64,000 nt of DNA, from positions 102,362,001 to 102,426,000 of the forward strand of contig OZ024742.1 of NCBI GenBank assembly GCA_964016885.1, written 5' to 3'. This DNA comes from Eledone cirrhosa (taxonomy: Eukaryota). Positions within the stretch are counted from its first letter, which is position 1. Each line of letters opens with the position of its first letter. The notes below the pieces were generated by a model that was not told where the DNA came from, did no database searches, and worked only from the letters and a program-made list of their open reading frames with translations. The translations under genes and the position numbers were made by a program. Positions 44,185 to 58,660 of the stretch are shown one piece after another.

Positions 44185-44957
44185 CGGGGGAGAGTCTGTC
44201 TATCTATCTTATTAGTTTTGTTCATGTGAGACTTTGTATTGCCCTTGGTCACTATTTTGTAAGGTTGTTATTAGTCCATTCATACTTTCTATAGAATTTT
44301 GGTCGAAGTTCATCTATGTTTGTAGAATCTATAATATCTATAGTTACTGAACATTATAATATCGTATAAAACCCGCCGAGGTTAACTTTGCCTTTCATCC
44401 TTACTGGGTCGATAAAATAAAGTACCAGTACTGGGTAATTGCTGGCCTTGTGCCAAAAGTAGAAACAATTATAATATCGTATAATATCTATAGTTACTGA
44501 ACATTATATTTTACCACTGATAAATATTAATTACGTCTTTAGGCTCCCAAAAGTTTTTAACGTTTCCTCAACAATATTTGAATGCTATGGCCTATATATT
44601 TTCGCTCTTCCACTGGAATTCATGGGCATGTAAGGTAAATATTATTTGTAATTAATCGATTCGAATGAGCTTATTTTAACAAGAATGGAATATTCTAGTT
44701 AGTTTAACGAAACGGTCGTAAATCAATTAAATGATTTAATTTAAATTCTTGTTAATCTTTATTTTTTATGTGTATATGCTCTGTGATTTTGTAACACCAC
44801 TGTGATTGAAGATTAACTGACTGGATTAAACCCGGGATTGTCTTTTACCTATCTTGCTGTGAACTATAAAATCACATTGAGCTTTAAAATGTTCTTTGCT
44901 TTTATATGGTAGTATTATCAACTGATTTAAACTCGTGTATATATATATATATATATA

Positions 44958-45894
44958 TAGTAATAATAATAAAATTGAAGACTAAAATCCAAAGAGGGCT
45001 CGATAAGGAAAATATATATCAAATATATAAGAACCGTAGAGCAAATATTTATTAAAATAACAGATTAAAGTTTAAGCAAAGAATCGCTGCTTTCACCCTT
45101 AACGGGATCTTCTGAAACTAACAAAGTCAATCTGTAAACGCAGAACTGGATATTTCAAAAAACGTTGCAACCGGAGGAAGACAGGAAGACGATACTTTGG
45201 TTCGTGGTAACGTTCGCTGGCAAAGAACGGGAAAAAACGAATCTGTATCAGGAGTTTTAGATATGTTTTCCTGCTTGGTACGGGTATGTTCTTTGTAGAA
45301 ATATTCAGATGTTGTTTCTGCATGATGAATATAAGTCAGTAGAGTGCTCAACCGAAGGAGCCAAATAGTAATAATAATAAAATTGAAGACTAAAATCCAA
45401 AGAGGGCTCGATAAGGATAAATATATATCAAATATATAAGAACCGTAGAGCAAATCTTTATTAAAATAACAGATTAAAGTTTAAGCAAAGAATCGCTGCT
45501 TTCACCCTTAACGGGATCTTCTGAAACTAACAAAGTCAATCTGTAAATGCAGAACTGGATATTTCAAAAAACGTTGCAACCGTAGGAAGACAGGAAGACG
45601 ATGCTTTGGTTCGTGGTAACGTTTGCTGGCAAAGAACGGGAAAAAACGAATCTGTATCAGGAGTTTTAGATATGTTTTCCTGCTTGGTACGGGTATGTTC
45701 TTTGTAGAAATATTCAGATGTTGTTTCTGCATGATGAATATACGAACCAAAGTATCGTCTTCCTGTCTTCCTCCGGTTGCAACGTTTTTTGAAATATCCA
45801 GTTCTGCGTTTACAGATTGACTTTGTTAGTTTCAGAAGATCCCGTTAAGGGTGAAAGCAGCGATTCTTTGCTTAAACTTTAATCTGTTATTTTA

Positions 45895-45900
<6 letters not shown>
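44958..45900 (-). mobile_element. Family B PLE-derived element: 409-bp tandem unit x~1.9 plus inverted 5' piece
   Basis: Period 409 (45069/45478); inverted 45742-45898; unit includes a PLE-like ORF start MQKQHLNISTKNIPVPSRKTYLKLLIQ; same terminus as 58005-58290. Confidence 0.8.
45069..45119 (-). ncRNA. Hammerhead variant (family B, CAGAAGA core); also 45478-45528 (-), 45828-45878 (+), 58126-58176 (+)
   Basis: agttt-CAGAAGA-tccc gttaa gggt-GAAA-gcag cgattct ttgc-TT-aaact. Confidence 0.65.
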
Positions 45901-45974
<74 letters not shown>

Positions 45975-46883
45975 GTGTGTGACTGTGCGCGCGCGTGTGT
46001 GTGTATATGTGCGTGTGTATGACAATTGCTCAAATTTTGTATTGATTATACACACACACACATACATACATACACACACACATACATACCTACATACATA
46101 CCTACCTACATACATACACACATACATACATACATACATACAAATCTTGAGAAGCTAGGCTTCACAGGAACAGAAAGAACACAACTAGTTAGGAAATTAT
46201 AAGTACAATCCATTAATGGAACAGTAAAAATATGTAAAACATTCCAAAAATTTTGCATCCAATAATTGCATATACACATGTACAGATACAAAGCATATAC
46301 ACATGCACACATACAACTCAAAACATACACACCCACACATACAATAACATCCATATCTACACATGCATGCATACATACATATCTACCTAGTTGATGTTGT
46401 GTAAATTCCAATGAGAGAGGCTTGTGTCTATGTTAGAAACCGACTCTCTCTCTATTGGTAAAACTTTGTGAAATTATAAAACCAGAAGAACATACATACA
46501 TACATACATACATACATACATACATACATACATACATACATACATAACGTTCGCTCAAATTTATTTGCCAAAATTTCTTTTTGAAGGTTCAGCTATATTT
46601 AAGCGAAGAATTCATTCTTATGTATCTTGTATTTCTATTACGGGCATTAAACTTTTATCTTCTTTCATGTGACTAAAGTCAATTGGGGTTTTAAAAACTT
46701 AGGATAGTATGCTTTGCGGTATACGTTTCGGCTCTCTGCTCTCTGAGTTCCAATCTCGCCGAAGTCAACTTTGTCTTTCATCATTTCGAGGTCAATAAAA
46801 AAACTACCAGTCAAGTACTGGGGTCAATTCTTCCTCTATATTTATTTCTCACTGCCAATCTCTCCTCTATCATTCTCTGGAAG

Positions 46884-47010
46884 GAATTTACTGTATTCAG
46901 ACTTGGTGATGAGGTCGGCTCTGCCAGGTTAAAGAAGCTGTAGAAATACCGTGTGCTAATACAGACCCCTACGACTCTCCCGGGAGCTACCGGACCATGT
47001 CTGCATTAAT
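46884..47010 (+). pseudogene. Degenerate paralog of the 39362 exon
   Basis: gaatttactgtattcagacttgg resembles gaaattgactgtgttcagccctgg; DPTTLPGATGPCLH resembles TPTTPSGVTGPYIH; contains stops. Confidence 0.5.
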
Positions 47011-47549
47011 AGGAAGAGGGGATAATTGATATGTAATTTCAATTATCTATTCATAAACATTCCAGCTTCTTAGTAGCTTAATTTACTCAGGCATTCTACT
47101 CTCTCTATCTCTTTCTCTTCCCTTCTCACTATCACTATATCTCTCTTTCCCTATATATATATATATACACACATACACATATATATATATATATAAACAT
47201 GACATCAAGCGTTAAAATAATTTATATGATATTATCATTGCACTTGTAATTTTACCGTGTTTTCCCTTGTTGACTTTTCGCATATATATATATATAAGAA
47301 GGTGGACTGAAGAGTTCATAGACTGGTTATGAAGGAATAATGCTAGCGCTGTGAAATCTTGCATTAATTTCGACACTTCTTACTAATACCTGCATTGTTT
47401 CTTTCTAGGGACTATGATGAAAAATAAATCTCATTTGATCATTCCATGAGAGTATCTTTGGTCAGCCTATGAACTTTTCAAGCGACCCTCGTATATATAT
47501 ATATATACGATATATTAACAAATGGAAACTATATTTATAAAACCATATT

Positions 47550-47614
47550 TATTTCATTATACATATTTCAAGGACACCTAGTCAAATTATGGTGCGCTTT
47601 CATCAGATAAAATA
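47550..47614 (-). ncRNA. Hammerhead (family H, second copy)
   Basis: tattttat-CTGATGA-aagcgcacc..ggtgtcctt-GAAA-tatgta-TA-atgaaata. Confidence 0.8.
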
Positions 47615-48166
47615 TAATATAGATCAGTTTTATAAATAAATATTGACATACCCTTAAAGAATGCGACCATTTCTGATGGAAGCTCGCAGATAGTGGGGTT
47701 ACTAAATGTATTTAGTCTATTATGCAAATTAGTGTCGGATAGGTTTAAATCACAGTAGATTTAAAATAGGCCGTTGGAGTATGGAAAAAAAGAAAACAAG
47801 AAAAAGAAAAAGAAAAAGAAAAAGAGAAAAAGAAAGACCAAACTCTAAGAAGGAAAACAAAAGAAAGAGAAAGAGAAAACCATAAGTGAGAGGTTGTTGT
47901 ATTAACGTAAATTTTAAGATGAAGCGAACAATAAATATTTAGTGGATGAGTTAGGCGGAGTAAATAAGCGTGAAAATAAAATAAATAAATAATAATAATA
48001 ATCGGAGAATTTTATCTAATGTTTAAATTTGATTAAATGTTTAGTTTATCAATTAAATTATTGAGATCTATTCATTAAAAATTGAGATCTACATATTATT
48101 AAAAAAACCTATATATTATTAAAAAGATCTATATATTTTATTAAAAAATCTATATATTATTAAAAG

Positions 48167-48227
<61 letters not shown>

Positions 48228-49350
48228 CATATACATAGATATATATATACATATATATATACATACACATACACACACATATATATACAATCAATTTTTA
48301 TGTTTAAGATATAGGAATTTTTCTAAACTTATGGAAATTCAGAGATTTTTTCGGAGAAAAAACCGCTTCTTTGCAATAGCAATACAGCGTGAAGGAAATT
48401 AAGTTGTTTATTTATATTAAATGTTATAAATGTTAAGATGATAAAAGAAAGTTAAGATTATAAAAAAATTTATATTATTTTATAGTAAGTTATAATTTTA
48501 TAAATTTTATAAATTTTATATATTTCATAAATCCACCTGTTATATAGTTGTGACTGTTATAATATAAGTTTGTTTACTATAACGTCTTAATGTTTAGCAA
48601 ACCGTAAGAAACCTTTTACAACAGAGTGTGTTCGAATTGTATATACACATATATACAGAGACATAGACACATGTATATATATATATATATATATATATAC
48701 AAAGATATATACATACGCATATATACATACATACATACACACACATACATATACACATATAGGTAGATATACATCAATATATATATATATAGATAAATAT
48801 AAAATACATAATATAAAATAAAAAATGAGTTATAATTTTTAAAAGGATTAAAATTTTAAAAGGAATTACAGTTTAAAAATATATTTATATAATTTTAAAA
48901 GGAATTATAATTTTTAAGCAATATAATTTTAAAACAATATAATTTTAAAAATATATAAGAATATAGGAATATAAGAATATATAGAAAAAACTCAGTATAA
49001 AAATGAATTATAATTTTTTTTATATAATTTTTATATTTATCAGAGGAATTAATAAAAAACCCTTCTCTTAGAAACTTTCAGTATGTTTATCTTTTTCAGT
49101 ATATTTTATCTTTCAGTATAGTTTATCTTTCAGTATATTTTTACTCCAATAATTTGTTGAGTGCTTTATATCAGTTATAAAAATATTTGCTTGTTGTATC
49201 CCAACAAATTAAATATAACTTCTACACACACATATATATATATATATATATAGATTTTGAGTTTATGTTGGTTGTATACCAACACCTCAGTATGCAGGCT
49301 GGAGCACTCGACGAAGTGCGCAGGTTGGTTTGGTTACTCCGGAGTAGTGT

Positions 49351-49790
49351 AAAATAAAGTTAAATAAAAGTCAAATGATTAAAATTTAGCTTCGTTTATT
49401 ACTGCTATATATATTTCAGTGACAGCCATCTTTGGCTGTGACCTCTTCAGGCAGTTTGAATTAGTATGGTATAGACAAGTACATATGTTGTTTAGGTGTA
49501 TAATATTGTCAATACTCTGATATGCCCAGTTCCTTGTTTGGTTGTTAATTCACTGAGGAACTGGAATCATATGACTCCAGTTCCTCAGTGAATTAACAAC
49601 CAAACAAGGAACTGGGCATATCAGAGTATTGACAATATTATACACCTAAACAACATATGTACTTGTCTATACCATACTAATTCAAACTGCCTGAAGAGGT
49701 CACAGCCAAAGATGGCTGTCACTGAAATATATATAGCAGTAATAAACGAAGCTAAATTTTAATCATTTGGCTTTTATTTAACTTTACTTT
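49351..49790. repeat. Near-perfect 440-bp palindrome carrying two hammerheads
   Basis: Centre at 49570/49571; the arms mirror each other. Confidence 0.92.
49686..49740 (+). ncRNA. Hammerhead (family I); mirror copy at 49401-49455 (-)
   Basis: actgc-CTGAAGA-ggtcacagcca aaga tggctgtcact-GAAA-tatata-TA-gcagt. Confidence 0.85.
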
Positions 49791-49860
49791 ATATATATAT
49801 ATATATATATTAATAAAAAATCGGAGGCCATATTCAGTTGATTCAGGTTTATTTAAAATT

Positions 49861-49918
49861 CCGTTATACATATTTCAATGAGGATTATCAGTTACGATAG
49901 CCCGAGCTCTTCAGACGG
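49861..49918 (-). ncRNA. Hammerhead (family J)
   Basis: ccgt-CTGAAGA-gctcgggctatc..gataatcctcatt-GAAA-tatgta-TA-acgg; base of stem II is weak. Confidence 0.6.
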
Positions 49919-50228
49919 CAAAGTCTAAAATAAACACAGGAAAGAAACCTTTAAATTTGGAAAAATTTAATAATTTCCCCCAAAAAAGATTGTTTTTTTT
50001 TTTCATGAAACAGGGGGCCGGTCGAATGACCCGCTCGGCTGAGATCTTATAAAATTAATTCAAAAAATTGTTGGGGAAGACAACGGAAAAACGGACATTC
50101 CTTCCCATGAGTCAATCTCTTGAGGTTCATTATTCACTGAAACCACAAGACCCTCTAGAGTTTGATGGATGAGAAGGTATTTCTCTGTGTATCATCCGTC
50201 TTTCCTTTGTCTTCGCCCACCATTTTGA

Positions 50229-50335
<107 letters not shown>

Positions 50336-51069
50336 GTATATATAGTGTGGCTAAATGATTTTAAGTTTCACCTCTCGAGACTTTTTGAAATAGAGAGCTA
50401 ACTGCAGTTTTTAGATACTTAAACATGAAACTTTTATTAAAAAGTATGAAGCTGCTGTGCTGGAGTAGTTGTGGTTGTGGTGGGAGGTAAATATTTACTT
50501 ATCTGAGGTGACTAGTAAATTTAGCTTGCTGTCAGATCCTGTTAGGAAATATAAGTTTAATTTATGGAGCTGAAAACGCCTTTATAAGTGGCAAAGGAAA
50601 AATAGAAACAAAAATCTATAAATAGTGGGTAATATATTGTTTCTACTTTTGGCACAAGGCCGGCAATTACCCCAGTACATTACTGGTACTTTATTTTATC
50701 GACCCCCTAAGGATGAAAGGCAAAGTTAACCTCGGCGGGATATGAACTCAGATCGTAAAGGGACGTAACTATGCTGGAAAGCATGTCCGATCCTCTACTG
50801 CCAGGTAAGTTAGGATTGCAAAAGAGTTATATTTATATAAGATCGTAGTTTCGATTCCTGGACCCAGTAGTGATTTGTGTTCTTGAGCAAAATAGTATAT
50901 TTCAGGCTGATCTTTTGGCCAGGTGTTGCGACCAGTTGATATCAACAATGGAATGACCAATGGAAACATTTTTTACTTGGTCCGATTTAACAATCGGCTT
51001 CTTTCCTTTCTCTTTTCTTTTCTTTCATGCTTTTTTTAAATATTTGATATCTAGAGGATATTTATAGTT

Positions 51070-51390
51070 GTGGAAGCAGAATGGCCGAATGGTTAAGAAG
51101 TTCGTTTTGCAATCATTAGGTCACAGGTTCGATTCCACTGCGTGGCATATTGAGCAGGACAAGTATCATTTATCATAGCCACTGGTCAACTCTTATTTTG
51201 TGAGTGAAACTGAGTAAACGGAAACTTTTTGGAAGCCCGTTGACCAGTCCAGTCACATTCTCCTTGGGAATTAAGTTAAGTGTACACGTGTCTGTGGAAT
51301 GATCATCTAATTACAAGGTAATTTTATGAGCAGACTGTTCCGTTGATCGAACAACTAGAACGCTCATCATCGAAATCGACGGAGATCCAT
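51070..51390 (+). mobile_element. Second tRNA-derived SINE family
   Basis: A-box tggccgaatggttaag and B-box ggttcgattcc; 3' part resembles the reverse complement of 10600-10680. Confidence 0.6.
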
Positions 51391-51391
51391 T

Positions 51392-51468
<77 letters not shown>

Positions 51469-51821
51469 CACATATATATATATATAAAACTTAATGTTCA
51501 ATAAAATTTGGGAAGGAGAAATGGTGGGACAGTGGCGACAAGATAGTGTGCGCGTGTGCTTGTTTGAGTGTGTTAATTGCTACTTAAAAGTACGTACACT
51601 TGTGAGTGGGGAATTTTTCATATGTGAGCGAGAAAATTTCCATACAGTTCTTAGCATAGAGAATTGACTATGTATGTAGGGACCAGTATCTCCTGATAGA
51701 GTTGTAAAGGCATCGTAGTGACATACATCCTGTCTTGGGCACTTTTACAATCTGGCAGAACCCATCCCCTCTCTAAGACCATACACAGCCTACTTAGGTC
51801 TATATATAGCCTATTTTTCTA

Positions 51822-51881
<60 letters not shown>

Positions 51882-51973
51882 GTCGACCTCATTACTTGAC
51901 TAGTACTTTTTATATTGACCTCGAAAAGATGAAAGGCAAACCTGACCTCGGCCGATGTTGAACTCGGGGCGTA

Positions 51974-52330
51974 TTCTTCTTCTTCTTCTTGAAAGGGTCG
52001 TGGGGGCAGAGTCCTCAAACACTCCTTCCAGCTGGTCCTGTCAGAAGAAACCGTTTCCAACTGATCCAGCTGGATACCCAAGTGAGATCAGCCAATCTCA
52101 TGGATGTTATCCAACCATCTTGTTCGGGGTCTACCCTGGGTCTCCTACCTTGGTTTTGCTCGTAAAATCTGTCCAGCGATTCTTTCCTGAGACATTCTAA
52201 CCACATGTCCATAGTATCGGAGCTACCTGGAGTGACTCTCTGATCTCCGAGCTACGCACTCTATTGAATAATATGTTCTTTCGGTCATTACTCAAGATTC
52301 ATGACCATAGGTAAGGGTTGGATCTAACTA
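51974..52330 (-). mobile_element. RTE LINE 3' fragment with (GAA)n tail
   Basis: ..WKECLRTLPPRPFQE followed by gaagaagaagaa. Confidence 0.65.
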
Positions 52331-53029
52331 GTGTGACTCTCTTGTCTCTGAGCTACACACTCTATCGAGTAAAAATTGTATGTATAAATTGGCGGCGAAT
52401 TGACATAGAATGTTTTGCGGTAGTCGTTCTAGCTCTCTGCCCTCTCTGAGTTCAAATCCAACTGAAGTTAACTTTACCTTTCATCCTTCCGAGGTCGATA
52501 AAATAAAGTACTAGTCAAGTACTGGATTTGATATAATCGACTTCCCTTCCCCCTTTGTGCCAAAATTAGAAAGCAGTATTAAGAACTAACGGTTTTTTTA
52601 GAACCAAAATGCTGACTATTTTGGAGCAATATATATTTTAATGGAGCAAAATTAATATTTATAAAAAGAAAATATAGAAGCTAAATTAAATTGGTATTCA
52701 TATATTTCCGGATTGACCAAACTGTATATAAATAGTGTTTTTTACCATGACTTACATTCTAATAATAGACTGGCATCAGTTATATTAGTTTTACATTACA
52801 AAAAATTACTATTCTCAGAACTTATTATTTGCATCTCAAGATCTGAAGTGGATAAAATAATTACAAATCAAGTATGTATGTATGGATCGCAACTTTTGAT
52901 GGAGTCATTGGGGCGCCATTATGGCATACCGTATTGTCTTGGGTATTTTAAACCTGGTGGAGTCCATCCTCTCTGCAGGTCAAAACATAGCCGACTTTTT
53001 CCAGAGAAGGGGGTGTGAGAGAGAGACGG

Positions 53030-53114
<85 letters not shown>

Positions 53115-53189
53115 GTATATATATATATATATGTATATATGTATATATGTATATATATATATATATATATGTATGTATATATATGCATG

Positions 53190-53224
<35 letters not shown>

Positions 53225-53233
53225 GTGTATATG

Positions 53234-53372
<139 letters not shown>

Positions 53373-53373
53373 G

Positions 53374-53411
<38 letters not shown>

Positions 53412-53413
53412 TA

Positions 53414-53872
53414 TAAACGGAAAAAAATGAAACGATATTTCATTTCCCACTCTTAGTATGGCTGTTACTTATATATAAGTATGTATACGTACATACATAT
53501 ATGTATACAGACGTACAGTAGTATGTATATATATATATATACATACATGCACACATATATATATGTACGTATGGATTCACCAAACATTTATTATAATGCC
53601 CGGTGTGTTTGTAAACAAACATCCCGTATTAAGCCGTAGTGTCCAGCAACCATCGTTGCTCGTTTGTTCAACACTGACAAAGGAACGCTGTACTAGTTTC
53701 AAGCTTATTAGCTATCATCAGCAACGTATACCGTCCTGCCAGATTGTTGAACGTATATACTTACCTTATGCATATAAACGGCTGAGTAGCCCAATTTGCA
53801 TATCGAGTGGGTTAATCGGTCGGGTGCACCGAAAACGATAAACGGAAAAAATGAAACGAAATTTCATTTCCC
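53414..53872 (-). mobile_element. Family C ~1.1-mer with terminal direct repeat
   Basis: taaacggaaaaaa(a)tgaaacga..tttcatttccca at 53414 and 53839; HHR at 53685-53727 with CTGATGA core. Confidence 0.85.
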
Positions 53873-53879
53873 AGCAACA

Positions 53880-55250
53880 GATCGTTTACTTTAGGCCCAC
53901 CTTGTTACACTATATCAGTCACTATACCATCTTTCCCAGATGCCTTGCCACTGTTCATTTGTCTCACTGCAGTCTTAAACTCTTCCAATGTGGGAGGATC
54001 TCCAAGCTTGTTAATGACGGGAGTCTGCTCCATGGCCTCAACCATGCTGGGATTAACATGAGATGCGTAGCTTAGGAGATCGTTATAGTATTCATACCAT
54101 CTTGCTTTGATTTCATCAGGCTTACGCAACACTTCATTTCTATTCTTTGACCATAGTGTGGCAAAGACTGTAGGAAGTGGGCCATATACTGTGTACATTT
54201 CATGATATAAAGGTTTAGCATCTTGTCGTTCGGCCGAGGCTTGTATGTAATGCGCTTAATATCACCACCATGAATGTTTGGCTACTCGGAGTTCGCGCTG
54301 CACTTGCGCCTTACATTTTTTGAAAGCCTTCTCCAGTTGAGATTTTTTGGAACCTTCCTTTGAGCATGACAAGAACTTGTCCAGACATGTTTTCTTTTCC
54401 CTCAGAAGGCTTTCCAATGGTGGTTTATTTGCAGTAAACTAGTCCTGATGTTTTTTTCTTTACATAACCCACCAAAGTCGAGGCCGCTGTCTCATAAAGC
54501 TGTTTGCTGAAAGACAGACATGTATCAACACTGTTGGTTACTTCAATTTGCTTAACTGATTCTTGAAAATTCTTTCGATTTTCTGGGTAGGCCAAATGTG
54601 TCACGTTTAAACATCTCTACACCTTGACACTGCTATGTTTCATCTTCTTCCGAACACGAATACAAAGAGTTGCTCTTAGGATACGGTAGTCCAGCCGATA
54701 CTCTGTCCCTCTCATACAACGGATAGTTCTGATATTACATAATTATTAATACGCCAAAGACGTGATCGTAGGAGCATCTAGGTCCCTTTGTACAAGTTCT
54801 TCTTTCTGAACCATGTGTTTCCTATACCAAGATCGAACTCCATTGCTATTACACTTTCCTATTTCATGTCGACCTATGCTGTTCCTTATAGTAGAGTCAC
54901 ATCCAACACCAGCATTCAAATCACCCAACACTACAAGTCTGTCATTCCTATTTACATTTTTTAAGACTATTCGCAGCTCCACTATTTCTGCTTGGGAACT
55001 TACAAGTATTGGAGCTTACACACTAACTAAAGTCATAAAAGTGTTAAAGCGGAGAAGTAACTTAAGTGTCATAATCGTCTCAGAAATACCATGCGAAAGC
55101 TGTTAAATGTTGCCCCAGGGAGGTTTTTAGGACAAAACGGACTACGATTTCACGACGCTTATATTCTGGCCGACCATTTTAGAATAAGGTGAATCCTGAG
55201 TCTGGTTCCTCTAGCTGACCATCTTCGGGTAGCCGTGTTTCAGAGAGAGA
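53880..55250 (-). pseudogene. RTE (BovB-like) LINE pseudogene, APE and linker region
   Basis: SETRLPEDGQLEEP, RLVVLGDLNAGVG, IKARWYEYYNDLL, PPTLEEFKTAVRQMNSGKASGKDGI. Confidence 0.85.
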
Positions 55251-55331
55251 AAGAGAGTGTTCGTACGTTCCTGGACGCAATTTTCAAACATATCATTGAA
55301 GATGTATTCTGTCCATTGCTTGTCTCATTAG

Positions 55332-55467
55332 TCATTTCTGAAGAAGACTGTCGATCGAACAGGAATTTCGAGACTAGAGATAGGTAGTAGCGTAACCACT
55401 ACCATGCTAGGCGATACATCGATCTTCCAGGATAAATCGACCCTCTGAAACGATCGTAGAACAATGA
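55332..55467 (+). ncRNA. Hammerhead with ~100-nt stem II (family D)
   Basis: tcattt-CTGAAGA-agactgtcga..tcgaccctct-GAAA-cgatcg-TA-gaacaatga; element ends at (CA)n. Confidence 0.6.
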
Positions 55468-55511
55468 ACTAATTACCTACCTATCTCCGACTTTTGTTTT
55501 GTTTTCATTGT

Positions 55512-55693
<182 letters not shown>

Positions 55694-55737
55694 ACATATA
55701 TATATATATATATAGTATATATATATATATATATATA

Positions 55738-55777
<40 letters not shown>

Positions 55778-55803
55778 TATATATATATATAACATATATA
55801 TAT

Positions 55804-55893
<90 letters not shown>

Positions 55894-56198
55894 GTATATA
55901 TATATATATAACATATATATATATATTATATAACCAACCAACCGAAAATTTAAAAATTTAAATTTATGAATATAATTTATAATAAATTGGAGTGAAAGCA
56001 ACTGGTGCGTGTGTTTTTTATTGGCAACATGACCCTCCCAAAGCATAACAATATATATATTATATATATATATATTATATATATATATATTATATATATA
56101 TAGGTCATATATATATAGATATATATATGTATATATAGGTATATATATATATATATGTATTTATATATGTATATATAGGTATATATATATATATATAT

Positions 56199-56229
<31 letters not shown>

Positions 56230-56462
56230 GGTATATATATATATAGGTATATATATATATATAGGTATATATATATATATATAGGTATATATATATATAG
56301 GTATATATATATATATAAGTGTATATATAGGTGTATATATATATATATATAGGTATATATATATATATATATATATATAGGTATATATATATATATATAT
56401 ATATAGGTGTATATATATATATATATAGGTATATATATATAGGTATATATATATATATATAT

Positions 56463-56513
<51 letters not shown>

Positions 56514-56576
56514 TATATATATATATATAGGTATATATATATATATATATAGGTATATATATATATATATATATAT

Positions 56577-56665
<89 letters not shown>

Positions 56666-56682
56666 TATATATATATATATAT

Positions 56683-56721
<39 letters not shown>

Positions 56722-56744
56722 TATATATATATATATATATAGGT

Positions 56745-58292
56745 ATTAGCTAAACTACCTAGCCGTAGGAACACGTGCAACCCTGTAGTTAGTACTAACT
56801 ATAATTGTAGGAATCGGGTTGATTGCCCCCTATCCGGGAAATGCCTCTCTAGTAACATTGTCTAGGGCCTACATAGGGTTAACCGCCAATAGATTCAAGC
56901 AGCGTCTTTACATGCATAGCCATTCTTTTCGTTACCCTCTAAGAAGGAATATGACGTCACTTTCAGCTTATATCTGGAGTCTAAAAGACAACCACACCCA
57001 ATTTAAGTTACACTGGGAGATCCTAGCTAGGGCTAGATCGTATAACGGAAATAAAAGACCATGTGACCTCTGCGCCGCTGAGGCCCTGGAAATACTCTAC
57101 GCCACAGACCACATCTTAAACAAAAAATCTGAGGCAATTTCGGCTTGTAAACATAAATTGCACAAAACTTTCCTGTATTATACCCTAACGGATATACCCT
57201 AACGGATAGTACGATCTATACGTGGATATTTTACGTCTCGATGTGGGAGCTAAGTGTATGTTTTGTGTATACCTTTACTTATTTGCATAGGTAAGTATAT
57301 ATTATCCGTATGTTTTGTGAAGGTACGTATACCTTCTCGTACGTATATTTGATTGTTATGGCGTATAATTTTTATATATTCTGGTATTTAGGGTTTGGCT
57401 ATGTGTATACCGGAGTTTTGCGTCTGTGTGAGTATGCAGGTTCGTACGTATTTAGGGCGTGTGTATATATGTACTTCATGTTTTGGTTGACTTACGTCTC
57501 CGAACATTCGTGTATTTACATGTAGGTATGTGTGTGAGCTTTTTATTTATTTATATACGTTTATATAATTATTTATTTATTTGTATACACGCTTACACAC
57601 ACACACATATTTATATGTGCGTGGTTTTGTTTACCCATGGTAAGTTTTTGCGTATGCTTGTGTATGTACGTTTTTGTTTGCGTGTATTTATTTATTTCTA
57701 TTACTTCTGTATTGTATTTATTTACTTTGTTCTTAACTCTGTAGCGGAGATTCATTCGGTCTCCTAGTTAGAATTTAGTCTACGACTTCTGCTATACCAT
57801 TTACGTGGTTTTGTCTTTGCGTGCTATTGTTGTTCTCCACACTCCACATATGACGTATTATCTTCGTTTTTTTCGTTCTTTGCCAGAGAACGTCTCTATG
57901 CACCACCTAAGAGAACATTAGTCTACGACCTCTTTTATACCATTAACGTGGTTCTGTCTTTGCGCGTAATTGTTTTTCACCGCTCCTATTAATGACATAT
58001 TATATTCGTTTTTTCCCGTTGTTAGCCAGCAAACTTTCCACGAACCTAAGTATCGTCTTCCTGTCTTCCTCCGGTTGCAACGGTTTTTGAAATATCCAGT
58101 TCTGCGTTTACAGATTGACTTTGTTAGTTTCAGAAGATCCCGTTAAGGGTGAAAGCAGCGATTCTTTGCTTAAACTTTAATCTGTTATTTTAATAAAGAT
58201 TTGCTCTACGGTTCTTATATATTTGATATATATTTATCCTTATCGAGCCCTCTTTGGATTTTAGTCTTCAAATTTATTATTATTACTATATA
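56745..58292 (+). mobile_element. 5'-truncated Penelope-like element (GIY-YIG, 3'UTR, family B HHR terminus)
   Basis: GIY-YIG ORF, then a long TG-rich UTR, diverged ~140-bp repeats at 57774-58040, HHR and AATAAA, ending in TA. Confidence 0.8.
56819..57202 (+). pseudogene. PLE-type GIY-YIG endonuclease C-terminal fragment
   Basis: AYIGLTANRFKQRLYMHSHSFR..TSLSAYIWSLK..CDLCAAEALEI..LNKKSE...CKH. Confidence 0.85.
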
Positions 58293-58295
58293 TAT

Positions 58296-58413
58296 AAGTT
58301 GTAATAAAATGAAAACGAAATTTCATTTCTCACTCTTAGTACGGCACTTACTTAAATGTAAGTATGTATGTATACGTACATACATATATGTATACAGACG
58401 TACAGTAGCATGC

Positions 58414-58444
<31 letters not shown>

Positions 58445-58594
58445 CAGGTACACATACATATATGTACGTATCAGTTTAGCGGACGCTTATTATAACGCCC
58501 GCTTTGTTCGTTTGTAAACAAACTGAACAGCCTGAAGCGGGCGTTATAATAAGCGTCCGCTAAACTGATACGTACATATATGTATGTGTACCTG

Positions 58595-58660
<66 letters not shown>

